Shown one piece after another: positions 45,862 through 54,625 of a stretch of 64,000 bases of DNA. Source of the DNA: an uncultured Alphaproteobacteria bacterium (lineage in GTDB: Bacteria; Pseudomonadota; Alphaproteobacteria; Rhizobiales; Xanthobacteraceae); contig CAWIZF010000033.1 in NCBI GenBank assembly GCA_963840465.1, forward strand, positions 22,286-86,285, given 5' to 3'. The translations under genes were made by a program, and so were the position numbers. The notes beneath the pieces were generated by a model. That model searched no databases, was not told the origin of the DNA, and saw nothing but the letters and a program-made list of their open reading frames with translations. Numbering within the stretch: the first letter of the stretch is position 1; every line of letters starts with the position of its first letter.

Positions 45862-46824
45862 TCAGCTAAGCTTGCGGCCGATATCGAGGAATTTCTGCCG
45901 CCGCTGCCGGCGGACACCGTCCGCGTCCAGATTGCGGAAATCGTTGAAGGCCTCGGCGATCGCATCGCCGGTGGCCGAGATCATGGCGGCGGAATCGCGG
46001 TGGGCGCCGCCGGACGGTTCCTTCAGGATCTGGTCGATCACGCCGAATCGCAGCATGTCCTGGGCGGTGATCTTCATGCCGTTGGCGACTTCCTGGGCCT
46101 TGGTGCCGTCGCGCCACAGGATCGAGGAGGCTGCCTCCGGCGAGATCACGCTGTAGATCGCGTGTTCGAACATCAGCACCTTGTTCGCGGTGGTGATGGC
46201 GATGGCGCCGCCCGACATGCCTTCGCCGGTGATGATCGCGACATTGGGGACGCCGAGCGAGAGGCATGTGTCCGTCGAGCGTGCGATCGCTTCCGCCACG
46301 CCGCGCTCCTCGGCGCCGATGCCGGGATAGGCGCCGGCGGAATCGACGAGCGACAGCACCGGGATGCCGAAACGATCGGCCATCTCCATCAGCCGCACGG
46401 CCTTGCGATAGCCTTCGGGCCGCGCCATGCCGAAATTATGCTTGATACGGCCGTCGGTGGTGGCGCCCTTCTCCTGGCCGATCACGCAGATCGGCTCGCC
46501 GCGGAAGCGGCCGAAGCCGCCCACCAGCGCCTCGTCCTCGGCGAATTTGCGGTCGCCGGCCATCGGCGTGAATTCCGTCATCAGCGCGCTGACGAAATCG
46601 GTGAAATGCGGGCGCTGCGGATGGCGCGCCACCAGGGTTTTCTGCCACGGCGTCAAATTGGCGTAGAGGTCGGCCAGCGCCTGCTGCGCCTTGTCCTCTA
46701 TGCGCGCGATCTCGTCGCCGATGTCGCTGCCGGACGCTGCCAGCGCGCGCAGTTCATCGACCTTGGCCTCTAGTTCGGCGACTGGTTTTTCAAAGTCGAG
46801 ATAGCTGCGCATCTGATCCGGCAT
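45862..46824 (-). CDS. accA: Acetyl-CoA carboxylase carboxyltransferase alpha subunit
   Basis: YLDFEKP, ARHPQRP, PEGYRKAVRLM, GAYPGIGAEERG, YSVISPE. Confidence 0.97.
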   Translation of the reverse strand: MPDQMRSYLDFEKPVAELEAKVDELRALAASGSDIGDEIARIEDKAQQALADLYANLTPWQKTLVARHPQRPHFTDFVSALMTEFTPMAGDRKFAEDEALVGGFGRFRGEPICVIGQEKGATTDGRIKHNFGMARPEGYRKAVRLMEMADRFGIPVLSLVDSAGAYPGIGAEERGVAEAIARSTDTCLSLGVPNVAIITGEGMSGGAIAITTANKVLMFEHAIYSVISPEAASSILWRDGTKAQEVANGMKITAQDMLRFGVIDQILKEPSGGAHRDSAAMISATGDAIAEAFNDFRNLDADGVRRQRRQKFLDIGRKLS

Positions 46825-47027
46825 CAAGATAATATAGGGAACAACGTGCTTTGAGGCGAAGCAGTTTCGATTCGCTTAAGGAAAGCACGCATCTTCAATG
46901 ATTTAGCGTGCATCTCGGTCCGGATGAGCCGGTTGCCGAAAGCGCGCCAAACAAGGCCGCGGGGCGGGAGACGGCTGTTTCGGTGGAGATCGTCCGGAAG
47001 TCAAGCGGGAGTCGGTTTTGCAGTCCC

Positions 47028-47109
47028 GTAGCCCGGATGGAGCGTCGCGCAATCCGGGATGACTGCTGGCCGGAAGAACCCGGATTTCGCTGCGCTCCAT
47101 CCGGGCTAC
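47028..47109. repeat. GTAG-type REP doublet (GTAGCCCGGATGGAGC family)
   Basis: GTAGCCCGGATGGAGCG...AATCCGGG ... CCCGGATTTCGCTGCGCTCCATCCGGGCTAC. Confidence 0.92.
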
Positions 47110-47124
47110 GCTGGCTATGCCGAC

Positions 47125-48087
47125 TTACTTCTCCGCCAGCGGGTGCAGGTCGCGCACCAGGCTCTTCAGCCGCTCCTCGACCACATGGGTATAGATCTGC
47201 GTGGTCGAGATGTCGGTATGGCCGAGCAGCGTCTGCACGATGCGCAGGTCCGCGCCGTTATGCAGCAGGTGGCTGGCAAAGGCGTGGCGCAGCACGTGCG
47301 GCGAGACCAGCCGCGGCGCCAGGCCCGATGCGGCCGCGAGCTCCTTCAGGTCGCGGGCGAAATGCTGCCGCGTCAGATGGCCGCTCTCGCCGAAGGAGGG
47401 AAACAGCCACTTTGACGCGACATCGTTTTTCTTCTTCTCAGGTCTGAGCGCTGCCATCGCGGCGAGATAGTCGGCCATCGCCTGCCGCGACGCTTCGTTG
47501 AGCGGCACCAGCCGTTCCTTGTTGCCCTTGCCGCGCACCACGATCATGCGGGCGTCGCGCCGCGAGGCCGACAGCGGCAGCGCCACCAGTTCCGAGACGC
47601 GCAGGCCGGTGGCGTAGAGCACTTCCAGCAGGCAATACAGCCGCATCGCGCGCAGCCGCTGCTGCGGCGAAGCGTTCTCGGCCTCGGTCAATTCCTTGGC
47701 CCGCGTCAGCATGCGGTCGACGTCCGCGATCGACAGCACCTTGGGCAAGCCGCGGCCACGCTTCGGGCCGGACAGGATCGCCGCCGGATCCTCGCTGCGG
47801 ATGCGCTCGTTCAGGAGGAAGCGGAACAGATGCCGCATCGCCGACAGCCGGCGCGCCACGCTGGAGGATTTGAAGCCGCGGGTGTCGAGGTCGGCGAGGT
47901 AGTCCCGCAGAACATCCGTTCCGGCGCCGGCAAAGTTTTGTCCCTTGCGGCCGAGAAATTCGGAAAAATCCGTGAGGTCGCGGCGATAGGCGTCGAGCGT
48001 GTTGACGCCCGCCCCCTGTTCCGCCGCGAGCATGTCGAGGAATAGGTTGGTCAGTTTCGCGTCTGTGGCCGTCTTGCTGGAACGCAT
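47125..48087 (-). CDS. xerD: Site-specific tyrosine recombinase XerD
   Basis: [51 protein letters not shown]; accA-xerD-aroK synteny. Confidence 0.93.
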   Translation of the reverse strand: MRSSKTATDAKLTNLFLDMLAAEQGAGVNTLDAYRRDLTDFSEFLGRKGQNFAGAGTDVLRDYLADLDTRGFKSSSVARRLSAMRHLFRFLLNERIRSEDPAAILSGPKRGRGLPKVLSIADVDRMLTRAKELTEAENASPQQRLRAMRLYCLLEVLYATGLRVSELVALPLSASRRDARMIVVRGKGNKERLVPLNEASRQAMADYLAAMAALRPEKKKNDVASKWLFPSFGESGHLTRQHFARDLKELAAASGLAPRLVSPHVLRHAFASHLLHNGADLRIVQTLLGHTDISTTQIYTHVVEERLKSLVRDLHPLAEK

Positions 48088-48154
48088 TGCCCCCGGCGTC
48101 CCGTCACGAGATGCCGCCCCCCGAATTCGCCTCACACAAATCAGACGATAGCGG

Positions 48155-48301
48155 CTATTTCTTGAGGAACTTGTCTGCGGGGATGGTGACCGTCATTTCC
48201 CGGGGCTTTGGGGTGACGAAATTCGCCAGCGAAAAAATCACGCCATAGATCACCCCGGCAATGATGCCGACGACCATCAGAAAACGGAACAAACTGGGCA
48301 T
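48155..48301 (-). CDS. 48-aa single-TM small protein, absent from the ORF track
   Basis: Hand translation MPSLFRFLMVVGIIAGVIYGVIFSLANFVTPKPREMTVTIPADKFLKK*. Confidence 0.8.
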   Translation of the reverse strand: MPSLFRFLMVVGIIAGVIYGVIFSLANFVTPKPREMTVTIPADKFLKK

Positions 48302-48444
48302 GGGGGGCTCAGGGCGGCGAATTAACCAATGAAATCATCCAACATGTTCCCATCCCCGTGGCAAGAGTCTCTGGCGGGGGCGTCAGTGGGGGTAGTATAG
48401 GTGTCGCAGCCGCGGGCAAGTCCCGCAAAACCGCAGAGTTTTTG

Positions 48445-49077
48445 ATGTCCGAGACCGCCGCGCCGGCACAACCGAGCCCCACCCAGGAGGCCGACATCAC
48501 GTCGGCGCTGGGAAGGCGTTCGGTCGTGCTGGTCGGCATGATGGGCGCCGGCAAGTCCACGATCGGCCGGCGGCTGGCGGCCCGGCTGCGCCTGCCGTTT
48601 CTCGATGCCGATATCGAGATCGAGGCGGCGGCCGGGATGTCGATTCCCGACATTTTCGAAACCCATGGCGAGCCGCATTTCCGGGACGGCGAGGCGCGGG
48701 TGATCGCGCGGCTGCTCGACAGCGGCCCGGCCGTGATCGCCACCGGCGGCGGCGCCTTCATGCGCGAGGAGACCCGCAGCCGCGTCCGCGACAAGGCGGT
48801 CTCGATCTGGCTCAAGGCGGATGTCGACATCATCATGAAGCGCGTCAAGCGCCGCGCCGACCGGCCGCTGCTGCAGACCGAGGATCCGGTTGCGACCGTC
48901 AGCCGCCTGCTCGAAGCGCGCGAGCCGGTCTACGCGACCGCCGACCTGACAATCGGTTCGCGCGACGTGCCGCACGACCGCGTCGTCGACGAATGTGTCG
49001 ATGCCCTGCGCGCCCGGCTCTGCGCCGACGCGCCCTCCGCCCAGCCGACAACCGACGGGATCAGCGTTACGCCATGA
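48445..49077 (+). CDS. aroK: Shikimate kinase
   Basis: LVGMMGAGKSTIG, GEPHFRDGE, ATGGG, RPLL. Confidence 0.95.
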   Translation: MSETAAPAQPSPTQEADITSALGRRSVVLVGMMGAGKSTIGRRLAARLRLPFLDADIEIEAAAGMSIPDIFETHGEPHFRDGEARVIARLLDSGPAVIATGGGAFMREETRSRVRDKAVSIWLKADVDIIMKRVKRRADRPLLQTEDPVATVSRLLEAREPVYATADLTIGSRDVPHDRVVDECVDALRARLCADAPSAQPTTDGISVTP

Positions 49078-50216
49078 CTGCGCCACTGAAACATTCCGCC
49101 GATATCATGGTCGACGTCGCGCTCGGCGACCGCGCCTATGACATCGTCATCGGCCGTGGCGTGCTGGCCTCGCTCGGCGCGCGCGTCGCCGCGTTGCGCC
49201 CCGGCGTTCGCACCGCCATCGTCACCGACCGCACCGTGGCCAAGCACTGGCTGGAGCCCGCCGAGCGGTCGCTCACCGAGGCCGGCATTCCGACCTCACG
49301 AATCATCGTCGAGGAAGGCGAGGTGTCGAAGACCTATGCCGGTCTCGAAAAGGTCTCGGAAGCGCTGATCGCGGCCAGGATCGAGCGCAACGATCTGGTG
49401 ATCGCGCTCGGCGGCGGCGTAGTCGGCGATCTCGCCGGCTTTGCCGCGGCGATCCTGAGGCGTGGGGTCGATTTCGTGCAGGTGCCGACCTCGCTGCTGG
49501 CGCAGGTCAATTCCTCGGTCGGCGGCAAGACCGGCATCAATTCGCCGCAAGGCAAGAACCTGCTCGGCGCGTTCCATCAACCGGTGCTGGTGATCGCCGA
49601 TACGTCGGTGCTCGATACGCTGTCGCCGCGCCAGTTTCGCGCCGGCTACGCCGAAGTCGCCAAATACGGCGTGCTCGGCGACGAAGCCTTTTTCAGCTGG
49701 CTGGAGGCCAACCACGCCGACATCTTCTCCGGCGGCGCCGCGCGCGAGCACGCGATTGCGACGTCCTGCCGCGCCAAGGCCGCGATCGTCGCTCGCGACG
49801 AGCGCGAGAACGGCGAGCGGGCGCTGCTCAATCTCGGCCACACCTTCGGCCATGCGTTGGAGGCCGCGACCGGCTTTTCCGATCGCCTGTTCCACGGCGA
49901 AGGCGTCTCCGTCGGCATGGTGCTGGCGGCGGAGTTTTCCGCCAAACTCGGCATGATCTCCGCGGCCGATGCCGCCCGCGTCGAACGCCATCTTGCTTCC
50001 GTCGGCCTGCCGACCCATCTGCAGGACATCGCAGGCTTCGCCCAGGAGGGGTTGGCGGACGCCGACGCCCTGATGACGCTGATGGCGCAGGACAAGAAGG
50101 TCAAGCGCGGCAAGCTGACGTTCATCCTGCTGCAGGCGGTCGGCCGCGCGGTGGTCGCCAATGACGTCGAGCCGGCGCTGGTGCGCGATTTCCTGCAACA
50201 GAAGTTGTCGGGATGA
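49074..50216 (+). CDS. aroB: 3-dehydroquinate synthase
   Basis: GGGVVGDLAGF, SSVGGKTGIN, GKNLLGAFHQP, LNLGHTFGHALE, HGEGV. Confidence 0.96.
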   Translation: MTAPLKHSADIMVDVALGDRAYDIVIGRGVLASLGARVAALRPGVRTAIVTDRTVAKHWLEPAERSLTEAGIPTSRIIVEEGEVSKTYAGLEKVSEALIAARIERNDLVIALGGGVVGDLAGFAAAILRRGVDFVQVPTSLLAQVNSSVGGKTGINSPQGKNLLGAFHQPVLVIADTSVLDTLSPRQFRAGYAEVAKYGVLGDEAFFSWLEANHADIFSGGAAREHAIATSCRAKAAIVARDERENGERALLNLGHTFGHALEAATGFSDRLFHGEGVSVGMVLAAEFSAKLGMISAADAARVERHLASVGLPTHLQDIAGFAQEGLADADALMTLMAQDKKVKRGKLTFILLQAVGRAVVANDVEPALVRDFLQQKLSG

Positions 50217-50283
50217 GAACGGGATTGCCGGGACGCAGCATGGCGCAAGCCTCAAGCGGGGCCGTGGCCGTCACGAGGCATAT

Positions 50284-51636
50284 ATGAGCTCGACCGCGTT
50301 CAATCTGCTGCTCGCGTTCCTGCTGCTGGCCGCCAACGCGTTCTACGTGGCCGCCGAGTTTGCGCTGGTCAAGAGCCGCGGGTTTCGCATCAAGGCGATG
50401 GTCGAGCAGGAGCGGTTCGGCGCGCGCCTGCTGCACGACATGATGGGCAACATCGAGGCCTATCTCGCCTGCTGCCAACTCGGCATCACCATGGCTTCGC
50501 TCGGTCTCGGCTGGGTCGGCGAACCCACGGTTTCGGCGCTGCTCGAACCGGTGCTGATCCCGTTTGGATTGTCGGAACGCACCCTGCACTTCGTGTCGTT
50601 CACGGCGGGCTTTCTGGTGTTCTCCTCGCTGCATATCGTGATCGGCGAGCAGGTGCCGAAGACGCTCGCGATCCGCCAGCCGATGCCGGTCTCGCAATGG
50701 ATCGCCTATCCGCTCTATCTGTCCTATCTGGTGTTCTATCCGCTGAACTGGCTGCTCAACAGCGCCTCACGCGGGATTTTGCGCCTGCTCGGCGTCAAGG
50801 AATCCTCGCAGCACGAAATCCTCACCGATTCCGAGATCGAAGGGCTGGTGGAAGAATCGGCCGTGCATGGCGGCATCGAAAGCGGCGAGGCCGAGTACAT
50901 CCACAACGTCTTCCGCTTCGGCGACCTCGCCGTCTCCGACGTCATGGTCCACCGCACCGCGATGGTGCTGATCAATGCCGACCTGCCGCCGGACGAACTG
51001 GTCCGCGAGGTGTTGGCGACCGAATACACCCGCATCCCGCTGTGGCGCGACAAGCCGGAAAACATCATCGGCGTGCTGCACGCCAAGGATCTGCTGCGCG
51101 CGATCCGGGCCTCCGATGGCGACACGTCGCGAATCAACGTCACCGCCATCATGCTGCCGCCCTGGTTCGTGCCGGAGATGCGGCCTTTGTCCGAACAGTT
51201 GAAAGCGTTCCGCCGCCGCAAGACCCACTTTGCCCTCGTCGTCGACGAGTATGGCGAGGTCGAGGGCATGGTGACGCTGGAAGACATTCTGGAAGAAATC
51301 GTCGGCGACATCTCCGATGAGCACGACGTCGTGGTGGCCGGCGTCCGCGCCCAGCCCGATGGCTCCGTGGTGGTGGACGGCTCGGTGCCGATCCGCGATC
51401 TCAACCGCGCCATGAACTGGCATCTGCCGGACGAGGAGGCGACCACCGTCGCAGGCCTCGTAATTCACGAAGCGCGCTCGATCCCCGATCGCGGCCAGAG
51501 TTTTACCTTCCACGGCTTCCGCTTCCGCGTGCTGCGGCGTGAGCGCAACCGCATCACGGCGCTCAAGATCGCGCCGGTGCCGCGCGAAGCCGAGGGCGAG
51601 GACCCGAAGCCGAAGCGGGCAGGGACGTCGTTCTGA
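50284..51636 (+). CDS. HlyC/CorC (CNNM-like) transporter: DUF21 + CBS pair + CorC domain
   Basis: FYVAAEFAL, GEQVPK, YTRIP, VVDEYG, TLEDILEEIVGDISDEHD. Confidence 0.92.
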   Translation: MSSTAFNLLLAFLLLAANAFYVAAEFALVKSRGFRIKAMVEQERFGARLLHDMMGNIEAYLACCQLGITMASLGLGWVGEPTVSALLEPVLIPFGLSERTLHFVSFTAGFLVFSSLHIVIGEQVPKTLAIRQPMPVSQWIAYPLYLSYLVFYPLNWLLNSASRGILRLLGVKESSQHEILTDSEIEGLVEESAVHGGIESGEAEYIHNVFRFGDLAVSDVMVHRTAMVLINADLPPDELVREVLATEYTRIPLWRDKPENIIGVLHAKDLLRAIRASDGDTSRINVTAIMLPPWFVPEMRPLSEQLKAFRRRKTHFALVVDEYGEVEGMVTLEDILEEIVGDISDEHDVVVAGVRAQPDGSVVVDGSVPIRDLNRAMNWHLPDEEATTVAGLVIHEARSIPDRGQSFTFHGFRFRVLRRERNRITALKIAPVPREAEGEDPKPKRAGTSF

Positions 51637-51692
51637 ACATCAGCTATTCGATGTCGCGTCGGCCGATCTGCACAGGAAGCTGCCGGACCACC

Positions 51693-52211
51693 TCATGCCA
51701 GATAGCCGATAGCTTCCGCGAGCAACCGTTCGGGTGGATGCGCCGACGTATCCAGCATCAGCCTTGCATCGGTCCAGGCTTCATAACCGGTGCGCCGTTC
51801 CTCGACCCTGGCCCACGTAATCTCGGCCATCCCCTCGATGCCACGCATTCGCGCCTCGATCCGCCGGCGGTGCGTCGCCTCGTCGACGCAAACGCATTCG
51901 ATGATGGCGAGGTCGGCGCGATATCTCGCGGCGAGGTTTCGCCATGCGGCGCGCGGCGCCTCCACCGGATTGACGGCGTCGATCACGACGGACTGCCCCA
52001 GCCGCAGATGCTCCTCGGCCAGGGCTTGTGCGATGATGTAGGCGGCGATCCCCGTTTGATCCCGGGGCAGGCCACCGCGCCACATCGCCGCCTCGATCGG
52101 ATCGACCGAGAACAGCGGCAGCGAAAAATGCCGCGAAAGCCCTTCGGCCAGCGTGCTCTTCCCGGAACCCGGCAGCCCTGCCAAAATGATGAGCTTCTGC
52201 GACATCATCAT
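51693..52211 (-). CDS. AAA_33-type P-loop kinase-like protein
   Basis: ILAGLPGSGKST, VVIDAVN, IECVC...HRRRIEAR. Confidence 0.8.
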   Translation of the reverse strand: MMMSQKLIILAGLPGSGKSTLAEGLSRHFSLPLFSVDPIEAAMWRGGLPRDQTGIAAYIIAQALAEEHLRLGQSVVIDAVNPVEAPRAAWRNLAARYRADLAIIECVCVDEATHRRRIEARMRGIEGMAEITWARVEERRTGYEAWTDARLMLDTSAHPPERLLAEAIGYLA

Positions 52212-52245
52212 CGGACGCTCATATTGTTGCGGCAGGTTTGCCAGA

Positions 52246-52524
52246 TTACCGGCCGGCGGTTTCTCCCGGCGCCTGCGCCTTGATCGCGAGCGCGTGAACG
52301 GAGCCCCTGAGTTCCGCCTCCAGCGTCGTGTTTACCATGCGATGGCGCTCGATCCGGCTCTTCCCTTCGAAGGCCGGAGATACGATATAGACCCTGAAAT
52401 GCGTTTCGCCGCCCGGCCGGTGACCCGCATGACCCTCATGCAGATGAGATTCGTCGGTGACGTCGAGGCTTTCCGGCAAGAAAGCTTCACGCAACTTGTT
52501 TATGATAGCGTCCCTGGTGCTCAT
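52246..52524 (-). CDS. bolA: BolA family protein
   Basis: DESHLHEGH, GETHFRV, SRIERHRMV, VHALAI. Confidence 0.92.
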   Translation of the reverse strand: MSTRDAIINKLREAFLPESLDVTDESHLHEGHAGHRPGGETHFRVYIVSPAFEGKSRIERHRMVNTTLEAELRGSVHALAIKAQAPGETAGR

Positions 52525-52634
52525 GATGGCGGCAGATAATTCCGTTGTCCGCTTTCCGTCAATGATGCATCCGAACAGAGGTATTCGCAATGTCAAGACT
52601 TGAAGCCTCGGGCATTGCGTAGTCAAAGTCAGTC

Positions 52635-53282
52635 ATGGCAATTGATTCATCCAAATTCTTCGACTCCATTCGCATCAAGCCCAACAAGCTGAGCGCGAAG
52701 CAGCAGGCGCAGGCGCGCGAGGAAGCCGCCATGTGCGAGTGGGCGGGCTGCCAGAACAAGGGCCCGCACCGCGCGCCCAAGGGCCGGGAGAATTCGCGGG
52801 AGTATTTTCACTTCTGCCTCAACCACGTCCGCGAGTACAACCAGAACTACAATTTCTTCCAGGGCATGAATGCCGACGCCGTCGCGCGCTACCAGAAGGA
52901 TGCGCTGACCGGCCATCGCCCGACCTGGAAGATGGGCGCCAACACCGCCGGCAAGAAGGGCAAGCAGGCCGCCGAGGATTTTGACGGCGCCGCCGATCCC
53001 TTCAGCATGTTCTCCGAACTCAACGGCCGCGGCCGCTGGCGGCCCGGACCGGGCGCCGAGGCCAAGGTCGAAACCCGCAAGGTGATGAACGCCGAGCGCA
53101 AGGCGCTGCAGGTGATGGGCCTCACCGCCGAAGCCACCCTCGAGCAGGTCAAGGCGAAGTACAAGGCGCTGGTCAAGCAGCACCATCCCGACGCCAATGG
53201 CGGCGACCGCTCCACCGAGGACCGCCTGATCGAGATCATCAAGGCGTATAATTATCTGAAGACGGTGGTGCGCGGCGCGTAG
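52635..53282 (+). CDS. J-domain protein (N-terminal Zn-finger-like region, C-terminal DnaJ domain)
   Basis: CEWAGC...FCLNHVREYN; YKALVKQHHPDANGG. Confidence 0.9.
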   Translation: MAIDSSKFFDSIRIKPNKLSAKQQAQAREEAAMCEWAGCQNKGPHRAPKGRENSREYFHFCLNHVREYNQNYNFFQGMNADAVARYQKDALTGHRPTWKMGANTAGKKGKQAAEDFDGAADPFSMFSELNGRGRWRPGPGAEAKVETRKVMNAERKALQVMGLTAEATLEQVKAKYKALVKQHHPDANGGDRSTEDRLIEIIKAYNYLKTVVRGA

Positions 53283-53452
53283 CAGTCGCTTACGTCGTCC
53301 CTGCGAACGCAGGGACCCATACGCCGCGGCTTCTCGATTTTCATCCGCTGGTCGACGGCTTTCGCGCAACAACAAACGCCTGTGGTTATGGGTCCCTGCG
53401 TTCGCAGGCGAGCGACAGCGGATGTACGCTGCGCTCCGCTGTCCGGGCTACG
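53278..53452. repeat. GTCGTCCCTGCGAACGCA-family REP doublet (53294-53416) inside remnants of a GTAGCCCGG-family REP
   Basis: Inner arms as at 26017; right remnant CGGAT..CGCTGCGCTCC..TCCGGGCTACG; left remnant CGTAGC. Confidence 0.8.
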
Positions 53453-53460
53453 TTCATTGC

Positions 53461-54552
53461 TCACCCCGGCATCGGCCCAATATACGCTGAACTCGGCCGG
53501 ATCAGCCTGCCGCCGCGCTGCTGTTCGCGGGCATGCGCGGTCCAGCCGGCGGCGCGCGCCACCGCAAATATCGGCGTAAACGCCTGCCGCGGGATTTTCA
53601 GCGCGTCGAGCAGGATCGCGGTGAAGAACTCCACATTGGTGTCGAGCGGGCGCTCCGGATTCTTGATCCGCAACGCGCTGCGGATATAGGCCTCGACCTC
53701 GCCGGCGAACGGCAGGTCGGTGCCATCACCGGCAAGCCGCTCGATCGCACCCTTCAGCACATCGGCGCGGGGATCGCGGACGCGATAGACGCGGTGCCCG
53801 AATCCCATCAGCCGCTCGCCGCGGGCCAGCGCACTGTCGACCCAAGGCTTGATGCGCTCGGTCGAGCCGATTGCGTCCAGCATTTCCAGCACCGGCTCCG
53901 GCGCGCCGCCATGCAGCGGCCCCGTCAGCGCGCAATAGCCGGCGGTGACGGCGGCGAACAAATCCGCCTGTGTCGAGGCCACCACGCGCGTCGTGAAGGT
54001 CGACGCGTTCATGCCGTGGTCGCACACCGTGACGAAATAGGCGTCGAGCGCCGCCGCCTCGCGCGCATCGGGCTTGCGGCCGAGCATCATCGACAGCGTG
54101 TCGGCGGCATGGCTCGCGGTCGGATCGGGCGCGATCGGATCGTTGCCCTTCACGCGCTGCACCAGCGCGCCGGCGATGACCGGAAACGCGCCGACGATGG
54201 TGGCCTCGTGCGCCAGTCCCGCTTCCGCGCGCAGCCCCGCGATGGCCGCGCGGAAACCGTCGACGATCGATAGCCCGCGCGTGATGCCCAATAGATCCGG
54301 CAGCCGGGCGAAGGCGCGTTCGCGGCCTGCACCAAGGGCCGCGCGTACCGCGGCTTCGCCGATCGGCTGGCCGGTTCCGCCGCTCCACAGCCGGGCGGTC
54401 ACGCCCTCAAACCCGGTCTTGCGGGCGAGGTCGCCGACCCGCTCGCCGGCGATGATCAGTTCGCCGCGCTCGCCGTCGACATGGCTGAGCACGGTTTCGG
54501 CGGCGGGAATCCCGTCCAGGCCGATCGGGGTCTTCGAAAGCTGAATATTCAT
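53461..54552 (-). CDS. Citrate synthase / methylcitrate synthase family protein
   Basis: GLDGI.AAET.LSHVDG, DHGMNASTF, GPLHGGA, GFGHRVY, DPRA, TNVEFF. Confidence 0.92.
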   Translation of the reverse strand: MNIQLSKTPIGLDGIPAAETVLSHVDGERGELIIAGERVGDLARKTGFEGVTARLWSGGTGQPIGEAAVRAALGAGRERAFARLPDLLGITRGLSIVDGFRAAIAGLRAEAGLAHEATIVGAFPVIAGALVQRVKGNDPIAPDPTASHAADTLSMMLGRKPDAREAAALDAYFVTVCDHGMNASTFTTRVVASTQADLFAAVTAGYCALTGPLHGGAPEPVLEMLDAIGSTERIKPWVDSALARGERLMGFGHRVYRVRDPRADVLKGAIERLAGDGTDLPFAGEVEAYIRSALRIKNPERPLDTNVEFFTAILLDALKIPRQAFTPIFAVARAAGWTAHAREQQRGGRLIRPSSAYIGPMPG

Positions 54553-54589
54553 GAGGACTCTCCTTTGTCGGTTCCAAAGGTCGGGCCTC

Positions 54590-54625
54590 TCGACAGATTG
54601 ATCAATCTTGATTATGTAAATCAAT
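54590..54625. promoter_or_regulatory. Divergent promoter/operator between the two citrate-synthase-family genes
   Basis: TCGACA-N17-TATGTA then 7 nt to ATG 54626; perfect palindrome AGATTGATCAATCT (54595-54608); TTGATT-N5-AATCAA (54608-54624). Confidence 0.65.

Noticed and set aside
47125-48087. Tyrosine recombinase as a phage or island integrase
   Set aside because: XerD-type motifs, core accA-aroK synteny, and no att sites, tRNA or phage genes nearby.
54598-54624. TTGAT...ATCAA as an FNR/FixK box
   Set aside because: Half-site spacing is 7 nt or overlapping, not the required 4; more likely a site for the adjacent HTH protein.
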